From assembly GCA_964016885.1 (NCBI GenBank), contig OZ024742.1, forward strand, positions 315,084,001 through 315,148,000: a stretch of DNA of 64,000 nucleotides, written 5' to 3'. The translations under genes and the position numbers were made by a program. Numbering within the stretch: position 1 is the stretch's first letter; each line of letters begins with the position of its first letter. This stretch comes from Eledone cirrhosa (taxonomy: Eukaryota). The notes beneath the pieces were generated by a model. That model did no database searches. It was given only the letters and a program-made list of their open reading frames with translations, and was not told where the DNA came from. Positions 54,675 to 64,000 of this stretch are shown piece by piece.

Positions 54675-55920
54675 TGGTGAACGAATTAGCAGAGTAGCGT
54701 GTAGAATACTGTGCGTTATATATTCCAGCTCTCTGCGTTCTAAGTTCAAATCCTACCAAGGCCTACATTGCTTTTCATCCTTCCTAGGTCGATAAAAATA
54801 AAGTACTATTTAAGGACTTGGGTCTTTACAATCGATTTTCTCTTTCCCTCGAATTGCTGGCCTTTTGTCTATATCAGAAACTATTATTATTATAACCACA
54901 TGGCATTGGATTGGCAGCAGCGGTAGTGCGTCGGACAACATACTTTATGGCATAGAGTTGCGGTTTGTTCCGATCAGAGTTCAAATCCGGCCGAGGTTAG
55001 TTTTGCCTTTCATCCTTACGGGGTCAATAATATAGAGTACCAATCACGTATTATTAGTGCTGCTGTTGTGGTTGTTGTGGTTGTAAATTCAAGTTATATA
55101 TCTATTTACCTCGCATGGCTGAAGTACAACGAGTCGATTGTGCATGTGCTTATAGCAATTCAAGCATGCAGAACACAGTGTAACGTATTAATTATTTATT
55201 ATTTACTGGGTTACGGTTGATGAGGAAAACACATGAAGCCAAAACAGTCATAAAAGTAGAATTTCTTAGTTGTATTGAAATCATTATATCTTTTTTATAT
55301 TGTCTGGGTAGAACTTTCGTTGGCTAAAATTACTTAGGCGAACTAGATAAACTATTAATACACATACAATCACATATGTTTAAATATAATTATATTTCTA
55401 CTTTTAGCACCACAAGGCCAGCAAATATCCCAGTGCATTACTGATGCTTTATTTTATCGACCCCATAAGGCGTAGTTAACCTCTGCGGAATTTCAACTAA
55501 GACAGTAAAGGGCCGTAACTTTATGCTGGCGTCCGACTCTAAGCATGGTTTCGGACCTTCTACTGATACTGCCAAACCACCGTATAATGATTACAAAAAT
55601 CAACAATCAACAATCAATACACTAATTTATCTACATAAACACATGAATATGCATTCATTCATATATACGTGCAGCCATCTGCTAATACAAGCATATATAA
55701 TATAAAGCTTTCTGATTTAGGGACAAGGCCATCAATTTGGGGCGGAGAAAGACGATCAAATCGACCCCATTGCATTACTGGTACATTATTGTATTGACCC
55801 CGTAACGATTAAAGGCAAAGTTAACCTCGGCAAGATTTGAACTCAGATCGTAAAAGGACGTAACCCTATGCCATGAAGCATGCAGCCCGACGCTCTGCAA
55901 ACACTGCTAATCTACCGCCC
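54675..55920. mobile_element. Cluster of four SINE copies (54675-54885 +, 54905-55045 +, 55390-55580 -, 55705-55920 -)
   Basis: Each shows a head and/or Deu/Nin-like core. Confidence 0.82.
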
Positions 55921-56248
55921 TAGAATATCTAATAGAGCGATACATAAAGACATGATTGTACATATATGCATACAAATGCGTGTATATATAAGTGTGAATG
56001 TGTGTGTATATGTGCCAGTGTGCTTGTATGTCAGTGTGAGTGTACATATAACTATATATGTTTGTTAAATCATTTATGCTCAGTGTATATTAGAAAATTT
56101 AAGATAAATTTAATTGAGTTGTCCGTAAACTTCATAAATTATAATTATCACAGAAAAAAGAAAAATGCAAAATAGAGTGCAATAAGGACAACAGAAAAAA
56201 CATGGATAAATCCTTATATCGTCAGCCAACTATTGGAATGCATTATGC

Positions 56249-56438
56249 AGAAATGGTTTCTACAGGACTAGAACTGTTTTATTCAGAAAAAATCATCAGG
56301 AATCATGGGCCTCCTGATGATTTCTCCAGAATGAAACAGTTCTAGTCCTGTAGAAGCCATTTCTATATTAAATATTTATACTCTGCTATGTATTGAGTAC
56401 CTTACTTACTGTGGTTACCCCCGATTGAACCCTGGATA

Positions 56439-56441
<3 letters not shown>
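56249..56441 (+). mobile_element. Family B fold-back element
   Basis: Divergently oriented hammerheads at 56256-56303 (-) and 56308-56358 (+), then tail to (TA)n. Confidence 0.85.
56308..56358 (+). ncRNA. Intact-looking type I hammerhead ribozyme (family B)
   Basis: GGCCTC-CTGATGA-TTTC-TCCA-GAAT-GAA-ACAG-TTCTAGTC-CTGT-A^GAAGCC; 4-bp stem III, triplet GTA. Confidence 0.82.
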
Positions 56442-56468
<27 letters not shown>

Positions 56469-56472
<4 letters not shown>

Positions 56473-56928
56473 ATCTGTGTTTTTCGAATATTAATAATAA
56501 TATTCGATTCGTTTGTAATTATGCAAACAAGCCTTGTTTTTAAAGCCATGTTAGTAGAATGAGCCCCTTAATCTTGCTCTTTGTTGGCATGTAAACAGAA
56601 CTACAGACACTAATATTTCTGGATATTACCCTTCATCAGTACAGCTCACTGTTCACCCGCCAACTGTCAGAGCTAGTGAAAATATATGATATTTTCTAAA
56701 ATATACAGTGACTGATCGGCCTGATTTGCATATTAGTAGATCCACTGATCAGCCAGATTTGCATATCAGCAGATTGGCCAGGCAGTTTCCTGCATACGAG
56801 CGATCAATGGCCGGCTTTGCCATATTAAAAAAATATATATATTTTGCTCTACATGGTTGAATACAATAAATGTAATCTTTCGAATATTAATAATAATATT
56901 CGATTCGTTTGCAATCATGCAAACAACC

Positions 56929-56930
<2 letters not shown>
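56469..56930 (-). mobile_element. ~460-bp element with ~58-bp direct terminal repeats and one hammerhead (retrozyme-like)
   Basis: Repeats at 56469-56530 and 56871-56926; hammerhead at 56601-56644; repeated ATTTGCAT motifs; (TA)n flanks. Confidence 0.75.
56601..56644 (-). ncRNA. Hammerhead ribozyme motif
   Basis: Minus CTGTA-CTGATGA-AGG-GTAATAT-CCA-GAAATA-TTAG-TGTC^TGTAG; resembles the 5281 motif. Confidence 0.72.
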
Positions 56931-56970
<40 letters not shown>

Positions 56971-57189
56971 GTATAGGATTATCCAAGATGCAGTAATGGT
57001 TAATTACTACACTAGATATGGTTGACGTACGATGAGAGGTTACTCTACGAGTTATGGAAGAATTGTTGAAGAAACTTAGTTCCTGATCCTTCTGTATTCC
57101 GGAGTGTATATAAAGAATGAATAATAACAGGTAGACATCATAAAAAGGTAATTTATTCCGTGTGCTTACAATTGTTTCCACGGTGGTAC

Positions 57190-57517
57190 TACAGCCTAGT
57201 TATGCTATGTGCAAATTTACAAGTATTTGCAGAACTGAAATATCCAATGCTGTGACCACTGTATCCTCAGAGCACAATAATTTCGGAACAAATGCTCAGT
57301 CAGAAAATTTGTCCGACGAACCTGCAGTTCTGGAATCAGACAGATCCATACAATAATCGTGTCTCGACCCGTCTGCCGGCGAAACAATTGTAACACACAA
57401 TAAATTGAGTCCAGATGCATCACTGATTTTTCGTTTTATTATATCACACTCTGCTCTGTAAGAACATAGAATGCTCAACTGGATTACCGCCTATTGAAGC
57501 ATCATAGCTACCTTTAA

Positions 57518-57520
<3 letters not shown>
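57190..57520 (+). mobile_element. Family C element (hammerhead + tail)
   Basis: Homologous to 33290-33478 and to the tail at 4711-4787; diverged inverted partner at ~57100-57185. Confidence 0.7.
57310..57395 (+). ncRNA. Hammerhead ribozyme with long stem II (family C); core variant CCGACGA
   Basis: TGT-CCGACGA-ACCTGCAG...CTGCCGGC-GAAACAATTGTA^ACA; palindromic stem III ACAATTGT. Confidence 0.68.
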
Positions 57521-57556
<36 letters not shown>

Positions 57557-57951
57557 TAAAAACTGGGTGGTTATATAGGTTGTAAGTAGAGAACTCAGTC
57601 CAAAGTTCTCACGCGATTCTGTATACAGTTAGTTCCACAACATATTAGCAAAGTATACTCGAGGAGCCGTGTTTTACCCAATGTATGTATCTGCCAAAGT
57701 AGAATTAAGTGCATACCACTTCATACAATCTATATACCTATAATAAAAGAGACAATTAAAAATCTCATGATGATGAAACTGTTAAAGACTATAAACATTA
57801 ATTAAATAATAAATCTATAATCATGTTTTCGAATAAACTAGCGTATTCTAATAATGCAAATACCTTATTAGAATGCACTAGTATATTCTAAAACATGTGT
57901 TGATACTTGAAAATTGTCGTATTTTTATGTTACATGTATAAAAGGAAGCTG

Positions 57952-57997
<46 letters not shown>

Positions 57998-58010
57998 GTA
58001 TATATATATA

Positions 58011-58826
58011 TCTGTATGTATATATAAAATTAAGTATGTGTGTGTGTGTCTGTATGTCTGTGTATTACCTATAGGGGCCTACATCTTACGACCGATTGTC
58101 ATGAAACTTCACAGACTCATAGATTAATCATCGGGGAGTGTTTTCGATATATCAGCGTATCGTTTTTTTTTATTCCGGGGTCATTCTGCAGATAAAATCG
58201 ATAGGGAGGGTCACCTTTTTCTAGGTATCGAAAAATAAGATGTTTGGCTCTAGCTCCCACATTTTGCCACCGATTTCGTTCAAATTTTAAAGCAAAATAG
58301 AATTTATCATTGCACATCCTGTAATGGCTTTATAATTTGCATTTGTTGTTCAAGGACGGCGTGACAGCCGCTTAAATATTCAAAAATACCACTTTTAGAC
58401 TCAAATCTCCACTTTTTCGGCTCTAGCTCCCACATTAATCAACCTACTCTGTTCAGATTTTAGACTACGCTAGATCTGATTATTTCACGTCTTAAAGTGG
58501 ATTTATATTTTGGAATTTTTGTTCAAGAACAGCGTGGCAGCCGCTTAAATATTCGAAAATACCACCTTTTCACTCAAATTTCCGCCTTTTCGGCTCTAGC
58601 TCCCACATTTTTCAACCGATTTCGTTCAAATTGGAAGCTCCCTTCCCCAGCATGCCCTTCGTCAGTCACCTGCATTTCTCAGTGATAGAGGTCATCACTA
58701 CTTTCCCCCGCATGGCCTGTGTGTGGCCCTAGATGAGTCATAGAGAAGCAGTCGCTAAGATCAACACCTTTTCATCAAAGAAGATATTATTTTACCTATC
58801 CAGGCAACGCTGGGTACTGCTGCTAG
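58011..58826 (+). mobile_element. Non-autonomous Helitron-like element with internal ~180-bp repeats
   Basis: TC start, 3' CCAGGCAACGCTGGG hairpin + CTAG|T; GGCTCTAGCTCCCACATT occurs three times. Confidence 0.8.
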
Positions 58827-58853
<27 letters not shown>

Positions 58854-58857
<4 letters not shown>

Positions 58858-58952
58858 ATGTATGACCCCTACGGCAGAGCTCAATCCTTTTCGACGACTA
58901 TTTCTGGACTCGTGCGTTATGGTCCATCGGGATCCTTACCAGAACTCCTTCA
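58854..58952 (+). mobile_element. Family A deleted derivative
   Basis: Short arm GACCCCTACGGCAGAGCTCAA...TCTGGAC joined to the distal tail GTGCGTTATGGTCCA; (TA)n flanks. Confidence 0.75.
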
Positions 58953-58953
58953 T

Positions 58954-59027
<74 letters not shown>

Positions 59028-59763
59028 AACTGCCACTTCTGTGTGGATGACGGCTATCTCTTCAATGAATTGCATGCTATTATGAACCACAGTCCAACTG
59101 CTACTGACCAGTTTGGTGATTGAACAAGCTTTGTTTAGGTCGCACTTTCTTCCCGAAAAAGGACTACTCAGAGGCTCAAGTAACTGTTGAAGCATGTTAC
59201 TGTTCAGGTTAACACCGACGTTAGAATAAGACTTGGGTGGCCCATTTGTAGAATTGTGATTATGTGCTTCTAACCGGTCGAGTCTACACACGTTGCCACT
59301 CGTCCACCAGTTTGGGACCTTTATATGCAGAAATATCTGCATATAAATGTGGCAATGCTACGTGCTGTGCTACACACAAGGCACCCACTCCATCCCCACA
59401 GATATATGTCCAGTGGAAAGCCAAGGCAAGATAACAGGAAAGTTACTAGGCTAGCATGTGTTATTGTCATGGAGTTTAAACTCTTAAGTGGGTGTAAAAG
59501 TACACGCCACACTTGGCCAATTCCAGGTTTATGAGACTATTTAACCCATAGTTGCAGTGGATGGCGTGTTAACTCTGTGGAGTTCATCCGTCCTTTCACA
59601 GCCCTTGTTTGGTGCTACGGGGTTTCCACTTAGCCTCCTCACCAGAGCACGTTCTTGTGTAGGAGCCGATTCAGACGCAGACCACCAGACTATGAAGCAG
59701 GTAGTACTGGGTTACATGATACCAGTAGCAGGCTGAGACCTGACCTGACACACACACACACAC

Positions 59764-59867
<104 letters not shown>

Positions 59868-60041
59868 CCACTCACCCACTCCTAATACTTATATCTCGCT
59901 AATTATCCCTCTCTATCAAATTTAGTTTGTCACACTTTTACTTCTGGTATATAAATATTGAGTTTTGTTGTAATAAATCACTGCCAAGACTGGAATTGAA
60001 CCATCAGCACAGTTGAGGTATGTCATACATCAATTTATGTA

Positions 60042-60103
60042 TTTTATCTGATGAGGACGTACTGAAAAAACAACACAGTACCTCCGAAATATATATAATA
60101 AAA
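60042..60103 (+). ncRNA. Intact-looking type I hammerhead ribozyme (family E)
   Basis: TTTTAT-CTGATGA-GGACGTACTG-AAAAAACAACA-CAGTACCTCC-GAAATATATATA^ATAAAA. Confidence 0.83.
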
Positions 60104-60149
60104 CATATATTTTGATTATGTGAATGTATCCATTTATTAATATTTTGAA

Positions 60150-60210
<61 letters not shown>

Positions 60211-60272
60211 AAAGGGATATTTAATTTGTTGATAATTCAACAAATATATTTATAACAGATTCGAAGCCCTCG

Positions 60273-60392
60273 ACAAGTTTTCTGAGCTCAGCCGTCGGGG
60301 TCTTACTTGTTCCTATTACCCACTCTACTACCCTAAGTATTGAGTACTTTGGTGCGTTATGGTCCACCTGGTTCCTTACCACATTTCCTTCG

Positions 60393-60393
<1 letters not shown>
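60273..60393 (+). mobile_element. Family A 3' end, back-to-back with an E-like tail (60207-60270, minus)
   Basis: GAGCTCAGCCGTCGGGGTC...TATTGAGTAC...CTTCGT(TA)n. Confidence 0.8.
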
Positions 60394-60449
<56 letters not shown>

Positions 60450-61375
60450 GCAGGTAAATGCTATGTTCTTAAACTTAATAGTAATGTACTTAACTATCGT
60501 AACTACATAGAATATTCCACGTAATTATATAAGGATGTGTATATTTAAATGTGATTTAGCTTTTAATAAACATACCTTTCTGGCGATAAGGTCGAATGTT
60601 TATGCTACAAAAAAGTAACTTATTCCTCCGTATCTTTGAAGCTATATACTAAATTATATATTCCATATCGTTTACACAACATCGAATCCATTGTACTTGC
60701 CCTCACATATGCTTAAACGTGCTGGGTACATGTGATATTATGCATTTGTATTGAATGGATGAACGGATTGATGGATGGATGCATTAGAACAATACGTAAT
60801 GCATGGACGAATATTTACCTATATATACAAACGTGATAGTGTTACATTTTCTGAATGTAAATGTATATGTGTTTATTCATTTCACATTTTTATTGATTAC
60901 CTAATATGTTTTCAATATCAGATATTTTTATCCCGTTATTTTTCCCTTCTAATCTTGCATTACTGCTTATATGTGAATGCAAACATCACACATGTACGTG
61001 TAATCTTTTCGTTCCTTTTTCAGCTTCTCTGTTCACTTTTTTGTTTTATCTGTTTATTATTGTCATGCTACATGATTTTTTTCTCCTTTTAAATACGATC
61101 ATCTATTCATACCTGAATTGCTCTCTCTTAAGAACGCTTTCTAATATGGTAATGCTAAGTCTACGTCTATTTATATATATGCAAGTATATATTTTTGTAT
61201 GCATATGCATTCAAATTACTTATTTATATAACCTGTGCCTTTATGTTCATTCACAAAAATAGATGACTTACTTTCAACTATATTTCATACCTCTATTTAG
61301 GTATGTCTCAAAAGATGTATACACATTTGAGTTATCTGCAGTTGAAGTATGTATACATTTTTTGGACACCCTTTG

Positions 61376-61390
61376 TATATATATATACAA

Positions 61391-61431
<41 letters not shown>

Positions 61432-61435
61432 AATG

Positions 61436-61467
<32 letters not shown>

Positions 61468-61468
61468 A

Positions 61469-61529
<61 letters not shown>

Positions 61530-61560
61530 AATGTATATATATATATATATATATACACAA

Positions 61561-61605
<45 letters not shown>

Positions 61606-61606
61606 A

Positions 61607-61647
<41 letters not shown>

Positions 61648-61648
61648 A

Positions 61649-61685
<37 letters not shown>

Positions 61686-61736
61686 AATGTATATATATAT
61701 ATATATATATATATACAAATGTATATATATATACAA

Positions 61737-61773
<37 letters not shown>

Positions 61774-61800
61774 AATGTATATATATATATATATATACAA

Positions 61801-61843
<43 letters not shown>

Positions 61844-62292
61844 AATGTATATATATATATATATATATACAAATACAAATGTATATATATATATATATAT
61901 ATATACAAATGTATATATATATATATATATATATAAATACAAATGTATATATATATATATATATATATACAAATGTATATATATATATATATATACAATT
62001 GTACATATATATATATATATATACAAATGTATATATATATATATATATACATATATACACAGATGTATATATATATATATATATATATATACACAAATGT
62101 ATATATATATATATATATATACAAATGTATATATATATATATATATACAAATGTATATATATATATATACAAATGTATATATATATATATATATATACAA
62201 ATGTATATATATATATATATATACAAATGTATATATATATATATATATAAATGTATATATATATATATATATATACAAATGTATATATATAT

Positions 62293-62327
<35 letters not shown>

Positions 62328-62328
62328 A

Positions 62329-62389
<61 letters not shown>
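61376..62389. repeat. ~1-kb compound satellite [(TA)n CAAATG]m
   Basis: Tens of CAAATG interruptions separated by variable-length TA runs. Confidence 0.95.
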
Positions 62390-62390
<1 letters not shown>

Positions 62391-63791
62391 GAGAGGGGAC
62401 GTGTGTGAGAGCCAAATCCCTAATGTTCATGCATAACCATCATATGAATGAGGCACTTCCTTTTTTTACTTCTGGGAATAATCCTTTGCCTACAAAATCA
62501 CTATTATTTCACAGGACACAGGGATAGCCATACTAATTTCATACTATGGTTATCGGAATTCTTACTTCAGCGCTTTTCTATCATACCAATACTCCTGCCA
62601 CTTGTATGTTTGAGAAAGACTCAAAAATTACATGTTGCATATGCACGCGTACGCCAACTACTAATCAGAACATATGTATGTACACATGCATAATGCCTGC
62701 GTTTCTCACCAACTCATAACTCAGAAATGGCACCTGTGATTTCTTACCCTTTCATTTATATATTTCGCTGTTTGTTGGCTATTCGTTGCGTCTTTCTTTT
62801 CTTTGCTATTGAAGCAAGTGATTTAGACTGAATAGAACGTTTATATCCATTTTGATCTCACCAATTACAAAACTAAAGTGTAGGAAATGTAAATATTAAA
62901 GGAAATATGATAGAGTAGTACTATATATATATATACGATCAATCCAAGCAATGTTATAAACGTCAGTGGGACTTGTAACAGCAAACACAACGTCAATAGC
63001 ATTAAAATACATCAAAGATAACATTAACTATAACAGCAACAGCGCCATCAACAATAGAAACTACATTAATAACTAAAATCACAGCAGATGTTCTGTGAAT
63101 ATTCCATGGATGAACTCCAAGCAAAATGTCCTTAGTAAATGCAATATTTCTCTACAAAACATGAACTATTAAATAACATTTCTTTATTTAAGGAAGAATG
63201 TGTATTACTATAGACGAAAGGTTGTCATTTTCATGTCCGTTTTTCCCTGGTTGCTCAGGCTGAACGAAGCTCAGAGCTAATATTGGTTCCATAGGCGTTA
63301 AGCGAATGAAAGTACAAACCTTCCTCTGATATTCGTTTTTAACTGAATGACCTGGAACAACGGGAAATTAAGTATCTTGTTCAAGGATACAACGAACCAT
63401 TAGGACTGGTTTGTGCTTACTCATAACTATAATATCAACACAATCTTTTGAATTGTAAAAAAAACTACCAGCAGCACACAGGTGCATTTTTGTAATAATG
63501 TATGAGATAGTAAAGGCAAACGTTTAAAGTAGTCTGTTAAGAATTTGATAAAGAAATTACGATGATAATAAAACAATAGATAATTCAACATCGATTATAT
63601 ATGTTATGGAGCAGCTGAAACTTAATATTATATTTTAATAAACTATTCTATTTATTTTATATATACAGTAAACCATTTCAGTAAAAATAATAAAAAGTCG
63701 AGTAATTTTGAGAAGTTATATTAGGATCTATTGTCGGAAATATATTCGGACGTAATGGATACATGCGTACACATACATACACACACACACA

Positions 63792-63905
<114 letters not shown>

Positions 63906-64000
63906 TACATACATACATACATACTTACATAAGAAAGAACTATTGCTCCTACACTACAACAAAAACATGCGAAATAAGTGAGGGTACCCTTGAAACTGTG

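Noticed and set aside
59023-59750. GC-richer TA-bounded segment, possibly a LINE 5' region
   Set aside because: No diagnostic endonuclease or RT motif could be read; left unassigned.
61263-62527. Long overlapping 190-377 aa ORFs
   Set aside because: Translations of the (TA)n/CAAATG satellite (YIYI...), not genes.

Overview
AT-rich, gene-poor eukaryotic DNA, full of microsatellites and transposon relics. The SINE repertoire looks cephalopod/octopod-like (inference; no database search was run). No intact host protein-coding gene is recognisable, and almost all listed ORFs are translations of (TA)n, (CA)n, (GA)n or triplet repeats. Recognisable coding relics: a 5'-truncated Penelope-like element (RT + C-terminal GIY-YIG, Nematis-like) at 17206-20034, other PLE fragments, R4/Dong-like, RTE-like, DD37D and DD34D Tc1/mariner fragments. 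Non-coding repeats include Helitron-like elements and more than 20 tRNA-derived SINEs. Two signals stand out. (1) Many small non-coding elements sit in (TA)n tracts and carry type I hammerhead ribozyme motifs (about 20 intact, mutated or half motifs from roughly 10 mutually dissimilar families), often as fold-back palindromes with a ribozyme on each strand. (2) Most of these families, and the 3' end of the Penelope-like element, share a covarying bulged stem-loop (RCTC-stem-loop-stem-2 nt bulge-GAGY) 35-80 nt from the (TA)n junction. It is a candidate cis signal for mobilisation by a TA-targeting PLE reverse transcriptase. All folds were worked out by eye.
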